Shown piece after piece: positions 27,444 to 37,243 of a DNA stretch of 64,000 nucleotides. The first letter of the stretch is position 1. The number at the start of each line of letters is the position of its first letter. The stretch covers positions 1,248,001 to 1,312,000 of the forward strand of contig OY760142.1 in NCBI GenBank assembly GCA_963663225.1, read 5' to 3'. The notes below the pieces were generated by a model. It saw only the letters and a program-made list of their open reading frames with translations, ran no database searches and was not told where the DNA came from. This DNA comes from Nitrospirota bacterium (lineage in GTDB: Bacteria; Nitrospirota; UBA9217). A program made the translations under genes and the position numbers.

Positions 27444-28136
27444 ATGAAAAAAAACAAAACCCCTGATTCCCTTTCCGGTGATTTCAAGAACAAACCGTTC
27501 GGGATGCTCAAGCAATTCAAATCAACAACAGCCGCGCCGGAAAAAACAAAGCTTATCCACAAGAAAAGCGCGGGCAAGAGCGGTGAACACGCAGAAAACG
27601 ACGAGGCGCTTTTTCTGCGCGCCATGGAAGGCGCCAGGTCGATGCACGAATCTCCCAGGACCGTGACGGCTTCCTCCAGGCAAAAAGCACCGGCTAACCC
27701 TGCGGCCGCTGCAGAGGAGGATGAAAAACTCTTTCTGCAGGCGATGCAGAAGATGGGAACGACATTCCGGGATTCATTTCAGAAAACCGACAATGAAGAC
27801 ACGGAATTCCGGTCAGCATCGAACCGCATGCGCCAATTAAAACGCGGAACAATCCGGATCAGCCAGGAACTCGACCTGCACGGGTATTTGAAGGAGGAGG
27901 CACTCGCCCGGCTTGGGCATTTTATCGGCGATGCCTTCAGCCGGGGCCAGAAGGCGGTCCTGGTAATCACGGGGAAGGGGATCAATTCGCCGGAAGGACC
28001 GGTGCTGCAGGGGGCGGTTGCCGCGTGGCTGCGGGGGCAGGGAAAGGCGCTGGTCTCCGAATTCTTTCCCGCGCCGCAGAACCGGGGCGGCAGCGGCGCG
28101 TTTGTGATATTTCTGAAGGCGAAAAAAAAAGAATAG
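27444..28136 (+). CDS. Smr/MutS2 C-terminal domain protein
   Basis: LDLHG, VLVITGKG.NS, GGSGA. Confidence 0.9.
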   Translation: MKKNKTPDSLSGDFKNKPFGMLKQFKSTTAAPEKTKLIHKKSAGKSGEHAENDEALFLRAMEGARSMHESPRTVTASSRQKAPANPAAAAEEDEKLFLQAMQKMGTTFRDSFQKTDNEDTEFRSASNRMRQLKRGTIRISQELDLHGYLKEEALARLGHFIGDAFSRGQKAVLVITGKGINSPEGPVLQGAVAAWLRGQGKALVSEFFPAPQNRGGSGAFVIFLKAKKKE

Positions 28137-28139
28137 GAA

Positions 28140-29966
28140 TCAGCGCGGCTCTTTTTTGCCAGGCAGCCTCAGAATATTCCGGATTTCCTCTCCTTCTATG
28201 GTCTCCTTTTCGAGTAGCGCCGCGGCGAGCGTCTTCAGATTGCTCTGGTTGGATTTCAGCAGTTTCTGCACTTTTTTATACGCGGCGTCCACAATCCGTT
28301 TTACCTCCTGATCGATCTCTCTCGCCGTTTCTTCGCTGTATTCCCTCGATCCCTGCGGCATTCCGATGTCCAGAAAGAGCGGGCGCCGTTCCCGTTCGAA
28401 GGTAAGCGGTCCGAACGCGTCGGTCATGCCGTATTCCGTCACCATGCTGCGCGCGATGACAGCCGCCCGTTGCAGGTCATTCTGCGCGCCGGTCGAAACT
28501 TCCTTGAAGATGAGTTTTTCCGCGACGCGGCCGCCGAGCATGACGCACAGCTTGTCCTGGAGCTCGGATTTTGTCATCAGATACCGGTCTTCGGTCGGCA
28601 ACTGAAGCGTATAGCCGAGGGCCGCAATGCCGCGTTGCACGATCGAAACCCGGTGCACCGGATCAGTGGTCGGCAGAAGTTCGGCAACGATCGTATGGCC
28701 GCATTCGTGGTATGCTACTATTTCCTTTTCTTTTTTATTCATGACGCGCCGCTTTTTTTCGAGACCCGCAACGATGCGGTCGATGGCGGCTTCGAAGTCA
28801 GTCATGTCCACGTGCGACTTGTTTTTGCGCGCGGCCAGGAGCGCGGCTTCATTCACGATGTTGGCCAGGTCCGCACCGACAAAACCCGGGGTCCGGGCCG
28901 CAAGGACGGAAATGTCCACTTCCTTCGAGAGTTTCACGCCGCGGATGTGGATTTTGAGAATATCTTCCCGGTCCTTGATATTCGGACGGTCCACCAGCAC
29001 GTGGCGGTCGAAACGTCCGGGCCGCAGCAGCGCGGGATCGAGGATCTCCGGCCGGTTGGTCGCCGCCATGATGATCACGCCTTTTCGCGCATCGAAACCG
29101 TCCATCTCCGCCAGGAGCTGGTTGAGGGTCTGCTCCCGCTCCTCATGGGCCCCCGCTATGCCCACGCCGCGCGCGCGCCCGAGTGCGTCCAGTTCATCGA
29201 TGAAGATGATGCACGGGGCCTTTTGTTCGGCCTGCTGGAACAGGTCGCGCACGCGCGACGCGCCGACGCCGACGAACATCTCGACGAATTCAGAACCGCT
29301 CATGGAGAAAAACGGAACCTTTGCCTCTCCTGCCACAGCCTTTGAAAGCAGCGTTTTACCCGTGCCCGGCGGCCCCACCAGCAGCACGCCTTTCGGTATG
29401 CGGCCTCCCAGCCGGGTGAATTTTTCCGGATGCTGCAGAAAATCGATGATTTCGACAAGCTCGTCTTTTGCCTCATCGACGCCCGCGACATCGGCGAACG
29501 TGACTTTTATGTCGCTCTCCCCGTATATCTTTGCGTGAGACTTCCCGAAGCTCATAAAGCGTTCACCCGCTCCGCCTGCGCCGCTCATTTTTCGAAAAAC
29601 AAAGCTCCAGATGACGACGAGAATAATAAGAGGAAGAATCCAGGCGAGGAAAAAATCCTTTAAAAAATTGTCCGACAGCTCGCCGCGGTAGGAAATGCCG
29701 GTGCTGTCCAGCAATTTTACCAGATCGCTGTCTTCGATGCGTACAACAGTAAACGCTTTTTCTTTTTCGCCGGTTTTTTGGGGGAGAAGAACGCCTTTAA
29801 TGGAATCGCGGGTAAGTACGAGGTTTTTGACCTGCTTTTCCGCGAGGAGCGTTTTAAACGTACTGTAGGGGATGTCCGTTGCCGAAGGCTCGGCATACAT
29901 GCGAAACAGCGTGATTGTCACCAGGAACAGCGCAATATAGAAAAAAAGAAGGTAGTTTTTTTTCAT
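28140..29966 (-). CDS. ftsH: ATP-dependent zinc metalloprotease FtsH
   Basis: Two TM helices, [38 protein letters not shown] zinc motif. Confidence 0.97.
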   Translation of the reverse strand: MKKNYLLFFYIALFLVTITLFRMYAEPSATDIPYSTFKTLLAEKQVKNLVLTRDSIKGVLLPQKTGEKEKAFTVVRIEDSDLVKLLDSTGISYRGELSDNFLKDFFLAWILPLIILVVIWSFVFRKMSGAGGAGERFMSFGKSHAKIYGESDIKVTFADVAGVDEAKDELVEIIDFLQHPEKFTRLGGRIPKGVLLVGPPGTGKTLLSKAVAGEAKVPFFSMSGSEFVEMFVGVGASRVRDLFQQAEQKAPCIIFIDELDALGRARGVGIAGAHEEREQTLNQLLAEMDGFDARKGVIIMAATNRPEILDPALLRPGRFDRHVLVDRPNIKDREDILKIHIRGVKLSKEVDISVLAARTPGFVGADLANIVNEAALLAARKNKSHVDMTDFEAAIDRIVAGLEKKRRVMNKKEKEIVAYHECGHTIVAELLPTTDPVHRVSIVQRGIAALGYTLQLPTEDRYLMTKSELQDKLCVMLGGRVAEKLIFKEVSTGAQNDLQRAAVIARSMVTEYGMTDAFGPLTFERERRPLFLDIGMPQGSREYSEETAREIDQEVKRIVDAAYKKVQKLLKSNQSNLKTLAAALLEKETIEGEEIRNILRLPGKKEPR

Positions 29967-30094
29967 GCTGCCCTCATTCGTGCGGACGTAGTGAGGTTAG
30001 GCAGGCTTTCCTGTGCATGACTGCTGGAAGAACGAAGAACGACGTTTCTAAAAATACTACTCTCTTAGGGACCTATTCACAAATGGCCGGGCTG

Positions 30095-30598
30095 TCAGGG
30101 CTGCCGCTGCGGATCGTACAGAGGATCACCCCACTGCGTCTGAGCGCCGGGCCGCATTTGGTCTTTCTGCCAGAGTTTCAATTCTTTTAAAATGAGGAGA
30201 GGATAATCAAATTCATTGTCGCCCAGGGCTTTCAGACGGGTGCCAGCCACTTCGGCTGCTACCGTAATATCGCGTCCGAGAGCATAGGCTAACGAATCCA
30301 GGTGACGGTAGGAAAACACGAGATAATATCCGCCCGAGCTGGTCGTACGGACAGGCTTGCCCCAGTAGTCGAGGGGCTTCTGCACGACGGTCAATAAGGA
30401 ACCCTGCTTCGCATCGGCAACCTGTTCTATGGTGCCGCCCAGGATGAGGATTTTTCCCTTATAGAGATTGGGGTCCGCACGCAGCATTTCGAAGGTTATG
30501 CTTTTGTCCGCCTTGTCAACCACGGCTGAAGAAAGCACGGATGTGCACCCGCTGAGCAACAGGACGGCTATGAACAGAAGTCCGACAGGATGTGCCAA
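30095..30598 (-). CDS. Slp family outer-membrane lipoprotein
   Basis: Lipobox LLSGC; ILGGTI, QKPLD..GKP, GRDITVAAEV, YP..ELKLW. Confidence 0.8.
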   Translation of the reverse strand: MAHPVGLLFIAVLLLSGCTSVLSSAVVDKADKSITFEMLRADPNLYKGKILILGGTIEQVADAKQGSLLTVVQKPLDYWGKPVRTTSSGGYYLVFSYRHLDSLAYALGRDITVAAEVAGTRLKALGDNEFDYPLLILKELKLWQKDQMRPGAQTQWGDPLYDPQRQP

Positions 30599-30639
30599 GG
30601 AACACCTCTCACCAAAGGGTTATACTCATTGCCGGAACA

Positions 30640-30918
30640 TTACCGTGCATCGATGTTCGTCGGCCGGTGCCGCTCCGATTCGTGTTCTATTTTCTTTTTG
30701 ACTTTATCCGGGATGTCCAAACCGGTAAGGTCGAAGTTTCCGAGTTCTTTCGCTAAAAGATTGATCTTTTCACTGTTTTGAAGGTGCTTGTTGATAATAA
30801 TTCTTCTGGTGGTGACGACTCTGCACGATCCGCCCTTTGACGTTTTAAGATCGTCGTACGATATTTTGACGGACAGCGCGAGTGCGATTTTTTCGAGATC
30901 AGTAAGGGTAACTTTCAT
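30640..30918 (-). CDS. Conserved-looking hypothetical protein
   Basis: 92-aa ORF co-oriented with its neighbours; GGSCRV..IIINK motif. Confidence 0.6.
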   Translation of the reverse strand: MKVTLTDLEKIALALSVKISYDDLKTSKGGSCRVVTTRRIIINKHLQNSEKINLLAKELGNFDLTGLDIPDKVKKKIEHESERHRPTNIDAR

Positions 30919-31231
30919 ACGTGGTTATACTCTAAATATAGCAGAATTGTGGACATGCTAAATACCTGGTTTGAAAAAAAATGCTCAAATGAAAAAGAAC
31001 ATAAAATAGTATTTTATGTTCGTGAGAGTGCACCGTCATACTGGCATAATGCAGAAGTCATTCCCAAGTCAAGCGGAAATAAAGTATCATAAACCAAGCG
31101 CGCAAGTCAACACCGAAAACCAGGTCCGGCTTTGCGTGCAAGAGTTGCGAAACAAGGCATGTTTTTCGGCGCCATTTTCAAGGTTTTTTAAACAACAGGA
31201 TTTTGTAAAAATAAAAGTAATAAAATTTCAC

Positions 31232-31260
31232 TTGCTATTTTAATCTTTCCTGTATATACT
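31232..31260 (+). promoter_or_regulatory. sigma70 promoter of hup
   Basis: TTGCTA-17-TATACT preceded by an AT-rich UP-like region. Confidence 0.6.
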
Positions 31261-31334
31261 TTTCGACGAATTACATAGCCCACAGCGGATGTTTTCAGAA
31301 TTTTTATTTTAATTATCCTAAAGGAGGTAGATTT

Positions 31335-31622
31335 ATGGCAAAGGCCATGACGAAGTCGCAGATTGCGGACCACATCGCGAAAAAGGCTGACATTAAAAAG
31401 AAAGTAGCAGTACAGATTCTGGAAGACATTGCAGCACTTGCATACAAGGAAGCCAAGAATGCATTTACGCTCCCCGGGCTTGGCAAGCTGGTACTCGTGC
31501 AGCGCAAGGCCCGCATGGGCAGGAACCCCCAGACCGGCGAAGCTATCAAGATCCCGGCCAAGAAAGTCGTAAAATTTCGTGTTGCCAAGGCAGCGAAAGA
31601 AGCAATTCTCGGCAAAAAATAA
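31335..31622 (+). CDS. hup: HU family DNA-binding protein
   Basis: MTKSQI, LPGLGKL, RKARMGRNPQTGEAIKIPAKKVVKFR; RBS AAGGAGG. Confidence 0.95.
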   Translation: MAKAMTKSQIADHIAKKADIKKKVAVQILEDIAALAYKEAKNAFTLPGLGKLVLVQRKARMGRNPQTGEAIKIPAKKVVKFRVAKAAKEAILGKK

Positions 31623-31654
31623 TTTTTTACCCCTTAGCATAAACGGCGTTATAA

Positions 31655-31692
31655 GAAAGGCATCCCGCGCATTCGGGATGCCTTTTCTTTTT
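31655..31692 (+). terminator. Rho-independent terminator after hup
   Basis: AAAGGCATCCCG-CGCATT-CGGGATGCCTTT followed by a T tract. Confidence 0.85.
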
Positions 31693-31754
31693 TAAAAAGA
31701 AAATGTGCAAAATGTTTTTGAGCATGGTATAACTACCGAGAAAAAGGGTTTCCT

Positions 31755-32807
31755 ATGAACAAACGCGTTCTTATTGCGATGAGCGGCGGCGTCGACAGTT
31801 CGGTTGCCGCCGCATTGCTGGTCAGGCAGGGTTTTGAGGTCAAAGGCGTGACCCTGAAATTGACTCCGGGGCAATGCTGCGATATCGGCTCAGCCCAGGC
31901 TGTTTGCGAACACTTGGGAATTCCACACGGCATGCTTGATGCGCAGGCGGAATTTACAGACGGTGTTATACAAAATTTTGTTTTGGAATATCAGCAGGGC
32001 CGCACGCCGAATCCGTGCATCCGGTGCAACGAAATCATAAAATTTCGGCTGCTCCTGGAATATGCGCGATTGCAGTCGTTCGACTTTCTTGCAACGGGGC
32101 ATTACGCGCAAATAGAACCGGCGCCGCAGGAGCCGTTGTTTCAGCTTAAGAAAGGCGTTGATTCCGGGAAGGATCAAAGCTATTTTTTGTATCGTCTTTC
32201 CCAGGCGCAGATGCCGAACATTCTCTTTCCTCTCGGCGGGATGCGGAAAGAGGAGGTGCGTTCCCTCGCACGAGAACTCCGCCTTCCTGCTGCGGAACGT
32301 CCGGAAAGCCAGGAAATATGCTTTGTGCCGGGAAATGACTACCGGGGTTTTTTAAAAAAGCACGCACCCGAAACGCTCCAGGCGGGCGACTTGGTTTTAA
32401 GCGACGGAAAAATCATCGGCCGCCATACGGGCATCGCCTTCTTTACCGTCGGACAGCGGAGAAAGCTGGGGTACGCTGCCGGAGAACGAATGTACGTAGT
32501 CAGAATCGAACCGTCCTCACAGCGGGTGGTGCTCGGACCGTTGTCTGAATTGCGAACCCGGAGCATTGTCGTGTCAAACGCGCATTTCATTCCCTTTACC
32601 TCCCTCCGCACCGGCATGAACGTTTCCGTCAAAATACGGTATCGCTCGCGATCCGTTCCCGCCGTGATAGAACCCCGGGGGCAGAACGAAGTTCTTGTGG
32701 AGTTGCAGGACGCGGCGGCGGGGGTCTGCCCCGGCCAGGCAGCCGTTTTTTATACAGACGATATCGTACTGGGTGGCGGCATTATAGAAGCGCCCCGGCA
32801 ACAATAG
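31755..32807 (+). CDS. mnmA: tRNA 2-thiouridylase MnmA
   Basis: AMSGGVDSS, GRTPNPCIRCN, ATGHYA, KDQSYFL, ESQEICF, TVGQR, PGQAAVFY. Confidence 0.96.
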   Translation: MNKRVLIAMSGGVDSSVAAALLVRQGFEVKGVTLKLTPGQCCDIGSAQAVCEHLGIPHGMLDAQAEFTDGVIQNFVLEYQQGRTPNPCIRCNEIIKFRLLLEYARLQSFDFLATGHYAQIEPAPQEPLFQLKKGVDSGKDQSYFLYRLSQAQMPNILFPLGGMRKEEVRSLARELRLPAAERPESQEICFVPGNDYRGFLKKHAPETLQAGDLVLSDGKIIGRHTGIAFFTVGQRRKLGYAAGERMYVVRIEPSSQRVVLGPLSELRTRSIVVSNAHFIPFTSLRTGMNVSVKIRYRSRSVPAVIEPRGQNEVLVELQDAAAGVCPGQAAVFYTDDIVLGGGIIEAPRQQ

Positions 32808-32976
32808 CTCCGGCTGCCTGTATTCACCTGGCCTGTCTGCCGCATACGGCTGCGTTCCGTGATGCAACGAAGAAGCGCAGCGGGCTTTTTCCAAATGCAT
32901 ATATAAGCAGTTGACAATGACTTTTTTATCATGCTAATATTCTAAAATTTTTGGAAACAGCACTCCGGGGGCATAC

Positions 32977-34275
32977 ATGGCAGGGGAAAAAATACTTGAC
33001 ATAGATGATAGTCCGACAGTCCAACGACTGATCGAGATGATTCTGACGACGCAAGGCTATCAGGTCGTTCTAGCGTCCGACGGCGATGAAGGCATTGCGA
33101 AAGCCCGGTCCGAACGTCCCGCCGTGATTCTTGTTGACTTTGTCATGCCGAAGATGAACGGATTCCAGGTTTGCAAGATCCTGAAAGAAGACCCGGAGTT
33201 CAAAGACACGCCCATTATTCTGGTAACGTCCAAGGGCGACAAAGTCGGCAGCAAATTCGTCGATGTTCTCGGCATTACCGAATATTTTACCAAGCCGTTT
33301 CAGCCCGAAGAACTTCTTGCCAAAATCCGGGAAGTAATCGACAAGAACAAGCAGGCGGTGCAGCCCGCGGCCCCGCCTCCGGTCAGAGAACCGGCCGGCC
33401 GGCCCGCACCGGTCCCGGGGCCGGGTGTGCAGGCAGCGCAAGGCGTTATTGAATCCATGGTGAAAAATATCGTCGAACAACTGCTCGACGATTTCGTAAA
33501 GAACACTCTTCCGCAGAAAATACAGCAGGAGTTGGCGAAGGCGCGGCCGGGCGGCGGCAGCACCGGCATCCAGGGGAATCTTGCTAGCGTGCCGATCGTG
33601 GAAGTGATACAGATGCTCGGGCTGCAGCGCCAGACCGGAAAATTAGTCGTCAACAAACCAGGCAGCAGCGTAGCGATTTGCTTTAAAGACGGACAGGTTG
33701 TTTTTGCGTCACCCAACAGCAACGGCAGTGACAGTGCCGCCATGGAAGGGTTTCTCAGGAAAGCGTGCAGGCTTGAAGAGGACAGCCTGCACCATGTTTT
33801 GCGTATTGCAAAAATGACGCAGCAGTCTCTTGACAGCATTCTTATCCAGGAGAAACTGCTTGGTGCCGCGGCTTTTTGCGAGGCCCTGAAACGCTATACC
33901 GAGGCCGCAGTCTACAGGGTCATGACCTGGAAGCAGGGCGCTTTTTTCTTTGAAAAAGTTGCACCGCCGGTGTTTACCAACCACGTGCAATTGAAAGTGG
34001 ACGACCTGCTTCTGGAGGGCGCCCGGCGGGCGGATGAATGGAGCCTGATCCAGCAAAAAATGCCGGATTTCGACATTGTGTTTGAACCGATAATCGGCGA
34101 TGCAGAAGAACTCACGACACGCGGCATGAGCGATATCGATATGAAAGTTTTTTCCCTGGTCGACGGTCGGAAAACCGTCCAGAAAATTATTGACCAGGCT
34201 GATTTGAGCGAGTTTGATGTGGCCAAAAGCCTGTTTATCCTGCTTTCGGTCAATCTTATCAGGAAGCGGCGCTGA
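32977..34275 (+). CDS. Response regulator with receiver + DUF4388/PATAN-like domain
   Basis: IDDS, VDFVMPKMNG receiver; IQGNLASV..IQML..QTGKL, W..GAFFF, LLLEGARRADEW; promoter TTGACA-18-TAATAT at 32911-32940. Confidence 0.87.
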   Translation: MAGEKILDIDDSPTVQRLIEMILTTQGYQVVLASDGDEGIAKARSERPAVILVDFVMPKMNGFQVCKILKEDPEFKDTPIILVTSKGDKVGSKFVDVLGITEYFTKPFQPEELLAKIREVIDKNKQAVQPAAPPPVREPAGRPAPVPGPGVQAAQGVIESMVKNIVEQLLDDFVKNTLPQKIQQELAKARPGGGSTGIQGNLASVPIVEVIQMLGLQRQTGKLVVNKPGSSVAICFKDGQVVFASPNSNGSDSAAMEGFLRKACRLEEDSLHHVLRIAKMTQQSLDSILIQEKLLGAAAFCEALKRYTEAAVYRVMTWKQGAFFFEKVAPPVFTNHVQLKVDDLLLEGARRADEWSLIQQKMPDFDIVFEPIIGDAEELTTRGMSDIDMKVFSLVDGRKTVQKIIDQADLSEFDVAKSLFILLSVNLIRKRR

Positions 34276-34406
34276 ACTTTTTTGCCGGCACGAAAACACC
34301 CTGTTTTTCTTCACTGATCACGTGCCGAATAAAACGAAAACTTGACAGAACCAAAGAAATGTGTTAATTTTTAGTAACCTGTAATCAGGAGAAAAAGGAG
34401 ACTGGC

Positions 34407-34766
34407 ATGGCCAAAATACTCATTGCGGATGATAGCGTGGCTGAGCTTCAAATCCTCCAGCAAACCCTTCAATCTACGGGCCATTCGATCATAACCGTCC
34501 TCGATGGAGAAGCGGCAGAGGAGAAGATCAAATCGGAAAAAATCGACTTGATCATTTTAGATGTCATCATGCCTAAAAAAAATGGTTTTCAGGTCTGCAG
34601 AGACATCAAGAGCAATGACCAATACAAAAAAATACCTATTATCATGGTAACCTCCAAAGACCAGGAAAGCGATAAATTCTGGGGGATGAAGCAGGGTGCT
34701 GATGAGTATTTGACCAAACCGTTCAAACCTGAAGATCTGCTGAAGGCAGTTAAAAAGTATATCTAA
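34407..34766 (+). CDS. Single-domain response regulator, PilH/CheY-like
   Basis: ADDS, LDVIMPKKNGFQVCR, TSKDQESDKFWGMKQGA (PilH signature); promoter TTGACA-17-TAATTT at 34342-34370. Confidence 0.9.
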   Translation: MAKILIADDSVAELQILQQTLQSTGHSIITVLDGEAAEEKIKSEKIDLIILDVIMPKKNGFQVCRDIKSNDQYKKIPIIMVTSKDQESDKFWGMKQGADEYLTKPFKPEDLLKAVKKYI

Positions 34767-34788
34767 ATCCCTACAAAAGGGGGCCCGT

Positions 34789-35283
34789 TTGGCCGAGACT
34801 GACAGCGACGTCACCGTCGAGGTAAACAGTACACAACCGGAAGAGGAAATTCGAGTTTGCCTCTTCACTATTGGCGAGGACACGTATGCCATACCGGTCG
34901 AATTGCTGACGGAAATCATCATTCCTCAGAATATTTTTCCTGTCCCGACCACCCCGCCTCATGTGCTCGGCGTTATTAATCTTCGTGGAAACATTGTTCC
35001 CATTGTTGATATACGAGAAACACTTTCGCTTTCACAAAACCCCGCGACCACGAACCAGATTGCCATTATAAAACAGGGCACCATCACGCTGGGCATTGTT
35101 GTTGATAATGTCTCCGAAGTTATTTCAGTTCCCGTAAGCAGTATGCTGGCCATCCCCGCAGATTATGGAGCGAAAGCCAGCAGAAGCCGCAGCCGTTTTT
35201 TTAAAGGAATTTTACAGCGAGAGACCGGTTTGGCCGCAGTTTTGAATATCGAGCGCCTTATAGAAGAGATAAAACTGACTTGA
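34789..35283 (+). CDS. cheW: CheW/PilI coupling protein
   Basis: VPTTPPHVLGVINLRGNIVPIVDI, GIVVDNV. Confidence 0.92.
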   Translation: MAETDSDVTVEVNSTQPEEEIRVCLFTIGEDTYAIPVELLTEIIIPQNIFPVPTTPPHVLGVINLRGNIVPIVDIRETLSLSQNPATTNQIAIIKQGTITLGIVVDNVSEVISVPVSSMLAIPADYGAKASRSRSRFFKGILQRETGLAAVLNIERLIEEIKLT

Positions 35284-35378
35284 ACCGTCTGTAATGTAAA
35301 GCATCCCGACAATGAATCGCACGGCTAAAGCAAAGCCACCGAATTCACGAAACCAGAACGCTACGAAGGAGTAATTTT

Positions 35379-37235
35379 ATGAACAAGAAAACACTGAATC
35401 CTTTTTATGGGTGGAGCATCCGAGCCAAAATAGTGGCCCATATTGTTTTCCTCTCAGTCGTTTTTGGTGGTTTCATGCTCTTTTACATATACAACCAGAT
35501 ACAGGCTTCCCAGCGGGATGATGTGATCAATAGAACCATCATCATGGCCGATGGTCTGAGTTCAAAGGTTGTGGAGGCGGTGCAGGTTGAGGACATCAAC
35601 GCGCTTCAGACGTTCAGAAACGAAGCTGCGTCGCAGCCGGAAGTGGCCTACTCCTTTATTCGAGACGCCAGAGGAAGGGTGCTCTCGTCCTCCTTTGAAG
35701 GGAACGCCGTCCCCGCAGATCTTCAGCAGATAAACAAACTGATGCCGGGTGTCGCGTATGGAACGCAGCCGGCAGACATTGTTTTAAAAGGAAACCCGCT
35801 CAGCGTAATCGATATTGCCACGCCGATATCCGGAGGAACCCTCGGCACGGTGCATATAGGCCTGAACATGACGGCAATCAATTATCATATCAGGTCCATT
35901 CTTATGAATATCATGGGACTTGGCGCAGTATCGCTGATCGTTTTGACCATTCTCAGTCTGTACCTGTCGTCACGCACCGTCGCGCCGACCAAAGAGCTTA
36001 TCCGGGTGGCGGAAGCCGTGGGGCGCGGAGACCTTTCAAACAAGGCCGTCGTTGACACCGGCGATGAACTCGGCCAGCTGGCAATCACCCTGAACCAGAC
36101 CATCGAACGCCTGCAGGGCCTTGTGCAATCAGAGACCGACCGCGATAAGATGCAGAGCCAGGTCATCGGACTTCTTTCAGTCGTGAGTACGGCCGCGGAA
36201 GGCGACCTTACCGCGAAAGCAGAAGTTACCGCCGACGCACTCGGATCGGTGGCTGACGCGTTCAACCTCATGATCACCGGTCTTACATCGCTGATCACGC
36301 AGGCCAGTACCGTGGCGGTCGAGGTGCAGCGCTCTACCTCGGAAATTTTGCAGTCGTCCGAACGCATGCGGTCCGGCGCTTCACAGCAGACGGCCCAGAT
36401 CAGAAACGCGGCAGAGGCGGTCAACGCCATGTCGCTTACTACCCAGCACATGGCCGAGAACGCCGAAGCGGCCACGCAGACATCAGTGAAGGCGACCCAG
36501 GCGGCGGTCAAGGGCGGAACGGCCGTGTCGGAAACGATCAAAGGTATGCAGCGCATCCGGGCCACCGTGCAATCCACCGGAAAGAAAATCAAGGGACTGG
36601 GCGAGCGGTCGCTCGAAATCGGCGCTATTATCGAGGTGATCAGCGAAATCGCCACGCAGACGAACCTGCTTGCATTGAATGCCGCAATCGAAGCTGCCCG
36701 CGCCGGCGAGCAGGGCAGGGGTTTTGCCGTCGTTGCGGACGAAGTGCGAAAACTGGCTGAACGGGCTGCCCGCTCAACGAAAGACATTACCGGCCTCATT
36801 AAAGGCATTCAGGTTGAAACAAGCGAAGCTGTGGCGGTCATGGAGGAAGGCACGCGGGAAGTGGAGGAGGGAACCAAGCTCGCCGACCAGGCAGGCGCCG
36901 CGCTGCGTGAAATTGAACAAATCGTGAAACAGACCGCAAGTCTCATGACGGACATCACCAGGGCCGCCGGAGATCAGGTGAAATCAACAGAAGGCGTTGT
37001 GCACACGATGGACAGTATCTCGAAACTGACACAGGAAACCACCCAGGGCGTGCAGGACACGGTGACGACGATCAGCAAGCTGGCAGACCTGACCACACGC
37101 CTGACAGAAGCAATCGGCAGATTCAAGACCAGCAAAGAGCAGGAGGCACCGCTTCCTGAACTTGAGCGGTACCCGTCTGCTACGGAAAATGTTACTACAA
37201 GCGACGAAGAAATCAAGCTCGGACTGATTAAATAA
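35379..37235 (+). CDS. Methyl-accepting chemotaxis protein, PilJ-like
   Basis: Two TM helices, HAMP (DELGQLA), [50 protein letters not shown]. Confidence 0.95.
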   Translation: MNKKTLNPFYGWSIRAKIVAHIVFLSVVFGGFMLFYIYNQIQASQRDDVINRTIIMADGLSSKVVEAVQVEDINALQTFRNEAASQPEVAYSFIRDARGRVLSSSFEGNAVPADLQQINKLMPGVAYGTQPADIVLKGNPLSVIDIATPISGGTLGTVHIGLNMTAINYHIRSILMNIMGLGAVSLIVLTILSLYLSSRTVAPTKELIRVAEAVGRGDLSNKAVVDTGDELGQLAITLNQTIERLQGLVQSETDRDKMQSQVIGLLSVVSTAAEGDLTAKAEVTADALGSVADAFNLMITGLTSLITQASTVAVEVQRSTSEILQSSERMRSGASQQTAQIRNAAEAVNAMSLTTQHMAENAEAATQTSVKATQAAVKGGTAVSETIKGMQRIRATVQSTGKKIKGLGERSLEIGAIIEVISEIATQTNLLALNAAIEAARAGEQGRGFAVVADEVRKLAERAARSTKDITGLIKGIQVETSEAVAVMEEGTREVEEGTKLADQAGAALREIEQIVKQTASLMTDITRAAGDQVKSTEGVVHTMDSISKLTQETTQGVQDTVTTISKLADLTTRLTEAIGRFKTSKEQEAPLPELERYPSATENVTTSDEEIKLGLIK

Positions 37236-37243
37236 ACGACCGT

